Assembly (NCBI GenBank): GCA_044375655.1
Contig: JBILMF010000001.1
Location: 36,727 to 100,726 of the forward strand
Direction of reading: 5' to 3'
DNA length: 64,000 nt
DNA from: Steroidobacteraceae bacterium
Lineage (GTDB): Bacteria > Pseudomonadota > Gammaproteobacteria > Steroidobacterales > Steroidobacteraceae
The position numbers and the translations under genes are program-made. Every line of letters begins with the position of its first letter. Within the stretch, counting starts at the first letter, position 1. Shown here in pieces: positions 17,417 to 26,177 of this stretch. Below the pieces are notes generated by a model. The model did no database searches, had not been told where the DNA came from, and saw nothing but the letters and a program-made list of their open reading frames with translations.

Positions 17417-19402
17417 ATGCCCATCCCGTACCGGCCAGCCGTGACCAGTAGCAGGCGCCATGCCGCGCTCCTCGGCGTTGTCATGGCGGTCGCGGCGGTG
17501 TTGCCGGCCGTCGCCGTCGAGCGGCTGACGCTCAGCGTCGAGCGTATCGACACCAGGATCGACAGCCGCATCGGCAAGGAACGGCGCCGCGTGCCGATCC
17601 AGCTTTCAGAGGCCAGGCTCGAGATCGAACTCGGCAGCGGCGGACAGTCGACGCGCGGCCGCCTGCAAATCGGTGCATCGCCGCTCGGTCAACTCGACCT
17701 GCCGCTGCGGCTCACCCCGCGCGGCAACGGCCAGCAACTTGCCCTCGGCCCGCTGCAGCTACGCTCCGCCTCGATCCTCGATGTCGGCCGGCAGTTCTTC
17801 GAGCTGCCTGCGGACCTCGCCGTGCAGGGCAGTGTCAGCGTGTCCGCAGAGCTGGCAAACGTCGGCGGCAGTGGGCTGCCGGCGGCAGCCGTCGTCCGTC
17901 TCGCCGGCGCAGACCTCGGCTTTTCGAACGGCAGCGGCACTTACGCCGCGGAGGACATCTCCTTCGACGCCGACCTGACGCTGCAGGCCGGCGGCGACGC
18001 GCCGGGATCAGACCTCGCCTTCGCAGCCCATCTCGACAGCGCGCGCGGCGAGATGCTGCTCGGCAGCGCCTACCTGAAGCTCGGCACCCATCCCTCGCGC
18101 CTCGAGCTACTCGGGAAGATCAGCGGTGAGGACTTGGAGTTGACCTCGCTCGCGATCGAGCAACGGGGTCTGCTGCAGGCGAGCGGCAGCGCGCGCCTGC
18201 GGCTCGGCGCTGCTGCCGAGCCGCGTGACTGGCTGCAGTCGGCATCCCTCGAGCTGCAGGACCTGCAAGTGCCGGCAGCCTACGCCACCTACCTGCAGAC
18301 CGCGCTCGCCGGCACGGCGCTCGATACGCTCGAGTCGGCCGGCAGCCTGTCCGGCCGGCTCGAGATGCGCGCAGGCGAACCGTGGTCCGCGGCGCTGACA
18401 CTGCAGGACATCTCGCTGCGCGATGCGCGCGGCATCTTCTACATCCACGGCCTGCGCGGACAGGTCAACTGGACTGCGGCCGATGCAGAGCTGGCGGCCG
18501 AACCCTCGCTGGTCGCGTGGGATGCCGGCGGTACCTATGACATCGGCGGTGGCGCCGCCTCGATGCAACTACGACTGCGCGGACGAAGCCTGACGCTGCT
18601 CGAACCTGCACGGCTGCCGGTGTTCGACGGCGCGGTCAACGTGCAGCAGCTCGGTATCCGCGACCTTGGTCTGCCCTCCGTGCAGTTCGACTTCGCCGGC
18701 GGCATCGAGCCGATCAGTCTCGGCGAGATCAGCAAGGCCTTCGGCTGGCCGGCCTTCGGCGGCGTGCTGCGCGGCCGCATCCCGGCAGTCGGTTATCACG
18801 ACGGCGTGCTGCGTTTCGACGGCGACCTCGAGGCAGAAATCTTTGATGGCCGCATCCGCGGCAGCAACATCCGGCTTGCCGAACCCTTTGGGCGATGGCC
18901 GCGGCTGACCGCCGACGTGACACTCGAAAATCTCGACCTCGAGACGATGACCTCCGCCTTCGAGTTCGGCAGGATCACCGGCCGTCTCGAGGGACGCATC
19001 GACCGGCTGGAGCTGTTCGACTGGAAACCGGTGTCCTTCGACGCCTGGCTGCGCACGCCGCCCGACGACCGCAGCCGCAAGCACATCAGCGTCGATGCCA
19101 TCAACAGCATCGCCAATGTCGGCGGCACCGCCGGCAGCGGTGTCTCCACGGCGCTGCGCAGCGGGGCGCTGCGCCTGTTCTCGCGCTATCACTATCGCCA
19201 GCTGGCCGTGCGCTGCATCCTCGAAGATGACGTCTGTCGCCTCTCCGGCGCGCCGCTCGCCGGCGATCGCTACTATCTGCTGCAGGGCGCAGGCATCCCG
19301 CGGGTCAACATCATCGGCTACAGTGGACGCGTGCAGTGGTCGCAGCTCATCGACCAGATCTCCTGGCAGATCATGACCGGCGGCACGTTCCGCATCGAGT
19401 GA
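17417..19402 (+). CDS. YdbH-like (AsmA-like superfamily) intermembrane transport protein
   Basis: N-terminal anchor LLGVVMAVAAVLPAVAV, a long beta-rich body, and a C-terminal segment (ISVDAINSIANVGG...YYLLQGAGIPRVNIIGYSGRVQW) resembling the YdbH C-terminus. A DUF1318/YdbL-type gene follows, as in E. coli ydbH-ynbE-ydbL. Confidence 0.6.
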   Translation: MPIPYRPAVTSSRRHAALLGVVMAVAAVLPAVAVERLTLSVERIDTRIDSRIGKERRRVPIQLSEARLEIELGSGGQSTRGRLQIGASPLGQLDLPLRLTPRGNGQQLALGPLQLRSASILDVGRQFFELPADLAVQGSVSVSAELANVGGSGLPAAAVVRLAGADLGFSNGSGTYAAEDISFDADLTLQAGGDAPGSDLAFAAHLDSARGEMLLGSAYLKLGTHPSRLELLGKISGEDLELTSLAIEQRGLLQASGSARLRLGAAAEPRDWLQSASLELQDLQVPAAYATYLQTALAGTALDTLESAGSLSGRLEMRAGEPWSAALTLQDISLRDARGIFYIHGLRGQVNWTAADAELAAEPSLVAWDAGGTYDIGGGAASMQLRLRGRSLTLLEPARLPVFDGAVNVQQLGIRDLGLPSVQFDFAGGIEPISLGEISKAFGWPAFGGVLRGRIPAVGYHDGVLRFDGDLEAEIFDGRIRGSNIRLAEPFGRWPRLTADVTLENLDLETMTSAFEFGRITGRLEGRIDRLELFDWKPVSFDAWLRTPPDDRSRKHISVDAINSIANVGGTAGSGVSTALRSGALRLFSRYHYRQLAVRCILEDDVCRLSGAPLAGDRYYLLQGAGIPRVNIIGYSGRVQWSQLIDQISWQIMTGGTFRIE

Positions 19403-19482
19403 GGTGCATCGCGAACCGGCTCATGCGCAGCGGCGGCGAAGCGCCTAAACTCACCCTCATGATCCACCGCCGGGGTGCCACC

Positions 19483-20196
19483 ATGAATCACTTCCTCAAG
19501 TTGAATGCGCTCCTCGCCTCGCTGCTGCTCACGGCCTGCGTCACCATCAACGTCTACTTCCCGGCAGGCGCCGCCGAGCGGGCCGCCGACCAGATCATCG
19601 ACTCGGTGATCAAGGGTGCCGGCGTGGTACAACCCGGCACGGCTGCGCCGCCCGCCACCGTCCCGCCACCGCGCACGCCCGCGGGCACACCCACCGGCAC
19701 ACCATCGACCACAGCGCCCGGCTCGGCGCTGACCGCCGCCGGCCCGACCATGGTGCTGTCGACCGACGGCGCGGCGATCATGCGCACGCTCGTCGGGCGC
19801 CTGCTGGAGCTCGCCGTGCCGGTAGCCCACGCGCAGCCGCAGGCGAATATCGACGTGTCTTCGGCCGAGATCCGCGCGATCACGGCCTCGATGCAGTCGC
19901 GGTTCGCGCAGCTTGAGCGCTTCTTCGACGGCGGCGTTGTAGGTCTCACCGCCGAAGGGCTCATCGACGTGCGCGACATCGGCAGCGCTTCGCTCCCGGA
20001 CCGGGCGCTCGTCAAGCGCCTGGTGGCCGAAGACAACCGCGATCGCGACGCGCTCTACGACGCGATCGCCCGCGAGAACGGCCGGCCGGAGTGGGAACCC
20101 GACATCCGCCGTATCTTCGCGCAGCGCTGGGTAGAGCGCGGCGCCAAGCCGGGCTGGTACTTCCGCGATCTCGAAGGGAACTGGAAGCAGCGCTGA
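19483..20196 (+). CDS. YdbL-like (DUF1318) lipoprotein
   Basis: Internal ATG at 19483 gives MNHFLKLNALLASLLLTAC (lipobox). The C-terminus NRDRDALYDAIARENG...IFAQRWVERGAKPGWYFRD resembles DUF1318. Confidence 0.6.
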   Translation: MNHFLKLNALLASLLLTACVTINVYFPAGAAERAADQIIDSVIKGAGVVQPGTAAPPATVPPPRTPAGTPTGTPSTTAPGSALTAAGPTMVLSTDGAAIMRTLVGRLLELAVPVAHAQPQANIDVSSAEIRAITASMQSRFAQLERFFDGGVVGLTAEGLIDVRDIGSASLPDRALVKRLVAEDNRDRDALYDAIARENGRPEWEPDIRRIFAQRWVERGAKPGWYFRDLEGNWKQR

Positions 20197-20204
20197 CGTC
20201 CGGC

Positions 20205-21491
20205 ATGCGGTGGCGGCCGCTTGCGCTGATCGGTCTGCTGCCCGCACTGCTTGCGGCCCTGTTGCTTGCGGGGTTGCTGGCCCTGCTGCTGTTCCGCGAC
20301 CCGCTCGTCAACTCGGCGCCGGTCCGGGTGGAGATCGCGCAGCAACTGAAGCGGCTCACCGGCCGTGACGTCGCCGTAGAAGGCGACATCGACATCGACG
20401 AGTTTCCGTGGATCAGCGTGGTGGTCGGTGCCGGCAGTTTCGGCAATCCGCAGGGTTTCGTCGGCCCGCCGTTGTTCACCTGGCGGCAGATCCGCCTGCG
20501 GATCCATTACAGCTCGCTGTTTGCCGAGACGCTGCGCCTCGAGCGCATCGTGATCAGCGGACTGGTCGCCGACCTGCGCCGCAACGCTGACGGCCTCGCC
20601 AATTGGACCGACATCGGGCCGCTGGAGCCGCTTGGCCCGCCGACCGCGATCCTCGCGATCCCGGAGATCGCGCTGGAAGACGCGCGCGTCCGCTACACCG
20701 ATGAAGCCATCTCGCCGCGACCGCTGGCCGAGCTCGATGCTCTCGGAGTCGTGCTGCGCGACGTCACCCGCGGCAGCGGCCCCGTGGAGCGACTGCACTG
20801 GTTCGCGACGACAATGACGCTCGCTGGCGCGGCGCAGCTTGGCCCGCCCGCCGGGGCGCGCACGGCGGCGCACACCGGGCCGTCGGCCGGAGCGTGGGCG
20901 GGGGCGCTAGCCGGGCCGCTGTCGCTGCGGGCGGAGGGCCTCGATCTGAGATTGCCGCCGACCGCACCGGCGTTCACCACGCGCAGCCTGCAGCTGCAGC
21001 ACGGGGCGCTGCGCGCCGGCATCGAGGATCTCGCTCTGCAGCCCTCCGGGATCAGCGCCGCGGTGCGGCTCGAGCCGCTGCCGCTCGCGGACCTGCTGCG
21101 CCTCACCGGCGTGGACCCGCCACCCGACGCCGCGGCGGCGCCGCAGCTGCGCGGGTTGACGGCGAAGCTGCGGTACGCAGGCGGGACGCTGCGTGCCGAG
21201 GCTCTCGACACCCGTATCGACGACACGCGGATCCGCGGCAGTATCGAGTTCGGCTCACCCGTCCGGGTGCAACTCACGGCCGACACGCTCGATCTCGGTC
21301 GATACGCCGGCCTCTTCGGGGAGCAGACAGGCGGGCAGCCGACAGCTCTGGCGTTCCCTGAAGAGCTGCTGCGCGACCTGCCGCTCGACGGCCGCATCCG
21401 CATCGGCCGGGTAAGGGCCGGGGACACCACCTTCAGCGGGGTGACCCTGCGGCTGCAGTCCCGGGGCAGGGGTGCGGCAGGCCCCCGGTAA
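20205..21491 (+). CDS. AsmA-family protein
   Basis: ATG at 20205 gives MRWRPLALIGLLPALLAALLLAGLL (TM), followed by an AsmA-like N-domain (VEIAQQLKRLTGRDVAVEGDIDIDEFPWISV). Confidence 0.65.
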   Translation: MRWRPLALIGLLPALLAALLLAGLLALLLFRDPLVNSAPVRVEIAQQLKRLTGRDVAVEGDIDIDEFPWISVVVGAGSFGNPQGFVGPPLFTWRQIRLRIHYSSLFAETLRLERIVISGLVADLRRNADGLANWTDIGPLEPLGPPTAILAIPEIALEDARVRYTDEAISPRPLAELDALGVVLRDVTRGSGPVERLHWFATTMTLAGAAQLGPPAGARTAAHTGPSAGAWAGALAGPLSLRAEGLDLRLPPTAPAFTTRSLQLQHGALRAGIEDLALQPSGISAAVRLEPLPLADLLRLTGVDPPPDAAAAPQLRGLTAKLRYAGGTLRAEALDTRIDDTRIRGSIEFGSPVRVQLTADTLDLGRYAGLFGEQTGGQPTALAFPEELLRDLPLDGRIRIGRVRAGDTTFSGVTLRLQSRGRGAAGPR

Positions 21492-21538
21492 CGGATATAC
21501 TCGCGCGCCAATTCCCACCCCGTTTCCCGGATGTCACC

Positions 21539-22051
21539 GTGAGCAATCAGGACTCCAAGTTCTTCAATATCTTCAGTCTGGTACTCGGCATCCTCATCGT
21601 GATCTCGATCCTGCTGTTCGCGCTGGCGCGGTCCGTCGGCCAGAACACCCAGTCGACCCACCTGCGCACCGACCCGAAGTACGTCGCGGAGGTCGCCGAA
21701 AACCTGACCACCGGTCGTGTGGCGGTCGCGGGCCGTGACAACTCGGCGCTTGCCATCGTACCGCCCGCCGGGGCGGTCGTTGCCGAGCTCGCCGTGCCCA
21801 CCGACGGGCCCGGGGTCTACGAGCAGGTCTGTGGCGCCTGCCATATCAACGGGATCGCCGGTGCACCGCGCTCGGATGACCGCGCTGCCTGGGCAGCACG
21901 CATCGCGCAGGGTCAGGCGACGCTCTACAAGCACGCCATCGAGGGCTACACGGGCAAGAACGGCGTCATGCCCGCCAAGGGTGGCCGTGTCGACCTGTCG
22001 GATGATCTGGTCAAGGCCGCCGTTGACTATATGGTGAGCAAGAACCAGTAA
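21539..22051 (+). CDS. Membrane-anchored cytochrome c5-type monoheme cytochrome
   Basis: N-terminal TM helix, a single CGACH heme motif, and downstream GVMPAKGG (Met ligand). Confidence 0.85.
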   Translation: MSNQDSKFFNIFSLVLGILIVISILLFALARSVGQNTQSTHLRTDPKYVAEVAENLTTGRVAVAGRDNSALAIVPPAGAVVAELAVPTDGPGVYEQVCGACHINGIAGAPRSDDRAAWAARIAQGQATLYKHAIEGYTGKNGVMPAKGGRVDLSDDLVKAAVDYMVSKNQ

Positions 22052-22129
22052 GGGTCCGGCCGGCGGACCAGCAACCCGCCAACCCGGCTCTGGCCGAGAC
22101 GCCGCGGCGCTGCCGCGGGGCGGTGGACC

Positions 22130-23650
22130 TCAGGAGAGGGCCCGCCGCAGCGACGCCGCGTCGGCGACGTCCTGCTCGCTGACCGCCGTGTTGCCCCGCA
22201 GGTCGGCGAGGGTTCTGGCCACCCTCACCAGCCGGTCATGAGCACGCAGGCTGGTACCGTGCGCCTCCCTCGTGCGCAGCAAGGCGCGCTCCGCGGCATC
22301 GCCGATGTTGGCCGCAGCAATCAGTCGGGGACCGCTCAGCGCGGCATTCAGGCAACCCTGCCGGTCGCGTTGCCGGACACGCGCAGCGAGCACACGCTCA
22401 CGGATCTCGTGGTCGCCTGCGCAGGCGCGAGCCCGCGTGGCGGCACGTCGATGCTCGGCAAGGTCGGCATTGCTGACGACATCGAGCTCCACGCGCAGGT
22501 CGAGACGGTCCAGCAGCGGACCCGAGAGGCGCGCCCGGTAGCGCTCGACCACGGCGGCCTTGCACTGGCAGCGCCGCACCAGCGAGCCGCTGAATCCGCA
22601 GGGGCAGGGATTCATCGCAGCCACCAGCTGGAAACCCGCCGGATAGTCCGCCTGCGCGCCAACCCGCGCGATCGCCACCCGCCCCGTCTCGAGCGGCTCG
22701 CGCAGCGACTCCAGCACACGCCGGTCGAACTCCGGAAGCTCGTCCAGAAACAGGATGCCGCGGTGCGCAAGCGTGACCTCGCCGGGACCCGCACCGGGAC
22801 CACCGCCGATGATGGCGTTGGCCGATGCCGTGTGATGCGGCGCACGGAACGGACGACCGGCGACGACGCCGACGGCGGGGGCGGTCAGCGAGGCGATCAT
22901 GGCGACTTCCTGTGCCTCCGCAGGCTCAAGCGGCGGCAGCAGGCTACGCAGCCGCTCGGCGAGCATGGTCTTGCCGCATCCCGGCGGCCCGATGAGCAGC
23001 AGGCTGTGGCCGCCCGCTGCCGCCACCTCCAAGGCAAGCTTGCCCCGCGGCTGGCCGCAGACGTCGGCGAGTTGCGGTTGCGGGCTCTCGGCGCCGGCGG
23101 CCGACGGTTCGAAGCCGACCTCGACGGCGGCGGTATCGTGCCCGCCCAGCCAGCCGCAGACGGCGAGCAGGTCGGCTGCCGCGGTGGCCGCGAACGCCGG
23201 GAACCAGCGCAGATCGCCGGCGTTGGCGACCGGCAGTACGACGCGGTGACCGAGGGCCGCCGCGGCGGCGGCGGCCGGTAGCGCGCCCCTTACGGCCCGC
23301 AGCTCCCCCGAGAGCCCGAGCTCGCCAAGGAACTCCAGCCCGGCCAGCTCGCGCCGCGGTACCAGCTGACCACTGGCGACCAGGATGCCGATCGCGATGG
23401 CGAGGTCGAAGCGTCCGCCATCTTTCGGCAAATCAGCCGGCGCGAGGTTGACGGTGATGCGGCCGGCTGGAAACTCGAACCCTGAATTGACCAGCGCGGC
23501 ACGCACCCGCTCCTTGCTTTCTTTGACCTCGGTGGCCGGCAGGCCGACGATGTTGAAGCACGGCAGTCCGGCGCCGAGGTGGACTTCGGTGTCGACGCGG
23601 GGAGCCGCAAGGCCGACCTGCGCGCGACAGAGGATGCGCGCGACCGACAT
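22130..23650 (-). CDS. yifB: YifB/ComM-family Mg-chelatase-like AAA+ ATPase
   Basis: ATG at 23650 (MSVARILCRAQVG). Lon-like N-domain (FNIVGLPATEVKESKERVRAAL), Walker A GPPGCGKTM, FLDELPEF. The upstream part of the 721-aa track ORF is a non-coding extension. Confidence 0.9.
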   Translation of the reverse strand: MSVARILCRAQVGLAAPRVDTEVHLGAGLPCFNIVGLPATEVKESKERVRAALVNSGFEFPAGRITVNLAPADLPKDGGRFDLAIAIGILVASGQLVPRRELAGLEFLGELGLSGELRAVRGALPAAAAAAALGHRVVLPVANAGDLRWFPAFAATAAADLLAVCGWLGGHDTAAVEVGFEPSAAGAESPQPQLADVCGQPRGKLALEVAAAGGHSLLLIGPPGCGKTMLAERLRSLLPPLEPAEAQEVAMIASLTAPAVGVVAGRPFRAPHHTASANAIIGGGPGAGPGEVTLAHRGILFLDELPEFDRRVLESLREPLETGRVAIARVGAQADYPAGFQLVAAMNPCPCGFSGSLVRRCQCKAAVVERYRARLSGPLLDRLDLRVELDVVSNADLAEHRRAATRARACAGDHEIRERVLAARVRQRDRQGCLNAALSGPRLIAAANIGDAAERALLRTREAHGTSLRAHDRLVRVARTLADLRGNTAVSEQDVADAASLRRALS

Positions 23651-23660
23651 GACGCGATGG

Positions 23661-23948
23661 TCAGCGGTTCGCGATGTCCGGGCTGCTGCCCGGAGCGGCA
23701 GGGGCGCCGGCTGCCAGCCGGGCCTCGAGCTCGGCGAGACGCCGCTCGAGGACTTCGAGCCGCGCGCGGGTGCGCTCGAGGACCTTGGTCTGGGCGGTGA
23801 ATTCGTCGCGCGAGAGCAGGTCGAGTCCGGCGAGGTTGGCGCGCAGCACGGCGCGGAAGTTGTCCTCGAGATCGTGACGCAGGTTGCGCACGGCCGGGGG
23901 AACGCTCTCGAAGAGCCGGCGGGCGAGATCGTCGATGCGGAAATCCAT
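23661..23948 (-). CDS. ubiK: UbiK/YqiC (BMFP) family accessory protein
   Basis: A 95-aa coiled-coil protein (LSRDEFTAQTKVLERTRARLEVLERRLAELEARL), located next to yifB as in many proteobacteria. Confidence 0.7.
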   Translation of the reverse strand: MDFRIDDLARRLFESVPPAVRNLRHDLEDNFRAVLRANLAGLDLLSRDEFTAQTKVLERTRARLEVLERRLAELEARLAAGAPAAPGSSPDIANR

Positions 23949-23994
23949 GGTTTGCCTCCGTTGCCCTCAATTGACGCAGGCCATCGGGCGCGAA

Positions 23995-24009
23995 GCGCCA
24001 AAACGGTGC
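23995..24009 (+). promoter_or_regulatory. Candidate NtrC upstream activator site
   Basis: GCGCC-AAAAC-GGTGC matches 9/10 of the GCACC-N5-GGTGC core. It lies about 75 nt upstream of the sigma54 element. Confidence 0.3.
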
Positions 24010-24071
24010 GCTGCGAACACATGAACCTGCGAAAAAAGCCCTGAACTGCCCTGTTTGGCGCGCGGCCGGGG

Positions 24072-24087
24072 TGGCATGGAATCTGCA
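24072..24087 (+). promoter_or_regulatory. Sigma54 (-24/-12) promoter of glnK-amtB
   Basis: TGGCAT-ggaat-CTGCA has the correct GG/GC spacing against the consensus TGGCAC-N5-TTGCA. It lies 117 nt upstream of the glnK ATG. Confidence 0.55.
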
Positions 24088-24203
24088 AAACCCGTCCGTG
24101 ACCCGTAGCGTCGCGAAGGATAACGCGATGCGCGGCGAGGCGCCGAGCCGCAATTGCGGCCGGAACGTTCGGATAGCGCGGCCGGCCAAGGATGGGCGTG
24201 GCG

Positions 24204-24542
24204 ATGAAGATGATCACCGCAGTCATCCGGCCCTTCAAGCTGGACGATCTGGAGTTGGCGGTCGCGCAACTGGGCGTGCAGGGCATGACGGTCACCGAAG
24301 TGCAGGGCTACGGAGCCGGTCATGGACACTCGGAGGTCTATCGCGGTGCGGAGTACCGGATCGACTTCGTGCCGCGTACGCAGGTGCAGATTGCGGTCGA
24401 CGACAGCATCGTCGAACCGGTGGTCGAGGCGATCGCCAACGTGGCGAGGACGGGCAAGGTGGGGGACGGCAGGATTTTCGTAACCGATATCGAGCAGGCC
24501 GTCCGCATACGCACCGGCGAGACCGGTACGGCCGCAACCTGA
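24204..24542 (+). CDS. glnK: PII nitrogen regulatory protein (GlnK-type, divergent T-loop base)
   Basis: MKMITAVIRPFKLDD...MTVTEVQG...YRGAEY...GDGRIFV...RIRTGE, directly upstream of amtB. Start chosen at ATG 24204 by comparison with the canonical PII N-terminus. Confidence 0.9.
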   Translation: MKMITAVIRPFKLDDLELAVAQLGVQGMTVTEVQGYGAGHGHSEVYRGAEYRIDFVPRTQVQIAVDDSIVEPVVEAIANVARTGKVGDGRIFVTDIEQAVRIRTGETGTAAT

Positions 24543-24568
24543 ATTTCACGGCGAGCAGGGAGACTCAC

Positions 24569-26035
24569 ATGAAGACGCTGGATCGATTCCTACAACCCGC
24601 CAAGCTTTCGGGCGACGTCGTCGCTGGCTGGCGTCGCAGGCTGAACGTCGCGGCCACGCTCGCGGTCGCAGCCATGGGTCCGGCGCTCGCGCTGGCACAG
24701 GACGCACCGGTGCCCGAGAAGGGTGACACGGCATGGATGCTCACGGCCACCCTGCTCGTGATCCTGATGACCATCCCGGGACTCGCCCTGTTCTACGGCG
24801 GTCTGGTGCGCGCGAAGAACATCCTCTCGGTGCTGATGCAGGTGATGGTGGGCTTCTCGCTGATCGTCGTGCTGTGGTGCATCTACGGCTACTCATTCGC
24901 CTTCACCGAAGGCAACGCCTTCATCGGTGGCACCGCACGGCTGTTCCTCAACGGTGTCTGGGACCCGGCTGCGGGCACCTTCGCGTACGCCGCGACCTTC
25001 AGCAAAGGCGTAGTGATCCCGGAGATCGTCTTCGTGGCCTTCCAGGCGACGTTCGCGGGCATCACCTGCGCGCTCATCGTCGGCGCCTTCGCCGAGCGCA
25101 TGAAGTTCGCAGCGGTGCTCATCTTCATGGTGATCTGGTTCACGATCTGCTATTTGCCGATCGCGCACATGGTCTGGTTCTGGATGGGTCCCGACGCCTA
25201 CACCGACGCCAGCGTGGTCGACGCCATGAACGCCAAGGCGGGTCTGCTCTGGCAGTGGGGCGCGCTCGACTTCGCGGGCGGCACGGTGGTGCACATCAAT
25301 GCGGGCGTGGCGGGTCTCGTCGGTGCCTACATGGTGGGCAAGCGCGTGGGCTACGGTCGCGAGCCGATGCCGCCGCACAACCTCGTGCACACCATGGTGG
25401 GTGCTGCCCTGCTGTGGGTGGGCTGGTTCGGTTTCAACGCGGGCTCGGCGCTCGAGGCCGGCAACTTCGCCGCCCTCGCCTTCCTCAACACGCTGCTGGC
25501 GACGGCTGCGGCAGTGGTGGCCTGGTCGTTCGCCGAGTGGGCGCTCAAGGGTCACGCCTCGATGCTCGGCGCGGCCTCGGGCGCGGTCGCCGGACTCGTG
25601 GCGATCACGCCGGCAGCGGGCAACGTCGGCATGATGGGCGCGCTCGCGATCGGCATCGCCTCGGGTCTCGTCTGCCTGTGGGGTGTGACCGGCCTCAAGA
25701 AGCTGCTCAAGGCCGACGACTCGCTCGACGTATTCGGCGTGCACGGCATCGGCGGCATCCTCGGCGCACTGCTCACCGGCGTGTTCAACAGCCATTCGCT
25801 CGGCGGCCCCGGGCTGGTCACCGACTGGGTGACGGCGTCCGTCGGCACCAACCCGATCGCCGTGCAGGTGCTCACCCAGGCGAAGGCGGTAGGCGTGACG
25901 ATCGTCTGGTCGGCGGTGGCGGCGTACATCGCCTTCAAGATCGCGGATCTCACGGTCGGGCTGCGCGTGACCGAGGAAGCCGAGCGCGAAGGTCTCGACA
26001 CCAACGAACACAACGAGCGGGCTTACTACAACTAA
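24569..26035 (+). CDS. amtB: Ammonium transporter
   Basis: ATG at 24569 gives a signal peptide. Amt motifs: AWMLTATLLVILMTIPGLALFYGG, DFAGGTVVHINAG, VHGIGGILGALLTGVF. Confidence 0.9.
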   Translation: MKTLDRFLQPAKLSGDVVAGWRRRLNVAATLAVAAMGPALALAQDAPVPEKGDTAWMLTATLLVILMTIPGLALFYGGLVRAKNILSVLMQVMVGFSLIVVLWCIYGYSFAFTEGNAFIGGTARLFLNGVWDPAAGTFAYAATFSKGVVIPEIVFVAFQATFAGITCALIVGAFAERMKFAAVLIFMVIWFTICYLPIAHMVWFWMGPDAYTDASVVDAMNAKAGLLWQWGALDFAGGTVVHINAGVAGLVGAYMVGKRVGYGREPMPPHNLVHTMVGAALLWVGWFGFNAGSALEAGNFAALAFLNTLLATAAAVVAWSFAEWALKGHASMLGAASGAVAGLVAITPAAGNVGMMGALAIGIASGLVCLWGVTGLKKLLKADDSLDVFGVHGIGGILGALLTGVFNSHSLGGPGLVTDWVTASVGTNPIAVQVLTQAKAVGVTIVWSAVAAYIAFKIADLTVGLRVTEEAEREGLDTNEHNERAYYN

Positions 26036-26078
26036 CCCGCACGTACACCGATTTACAGTTGTCCCCTGTAAACCCTCG

Positions 26079-26111
26079 GGGCGGCGGTCGCAAGGCTGCC
26101 GCCCTTTTTTT
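26079..26111 (+). terminator. Rho-independent terminator after amtB
   Basis: An 11-bp stem GGGCGGCGGTC / GGCTGCCGCCC (two G-U wobbles) with a GCAA tetraloop, followed by T7 (26105-26111). Confidence 0.65.
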
Positions 26112-26177
26112 CGCCCGCGGGTTTTCGTCCCCGCGGCGTGATCCGGTGCCAGCGCGGCGGCCTGTTAAGATTGCCGT

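Noticed and set aside
22052-22129. GC-rich palindromes between the convergent cytochrome c5 and yifB genes, considered as a bidirectional terminator.
   Set aside because: Short stems exist (GGTCCG/CGGACC and CCGCGG repeats) but neither strand has a U-tract, so the case is too weak to annotate.
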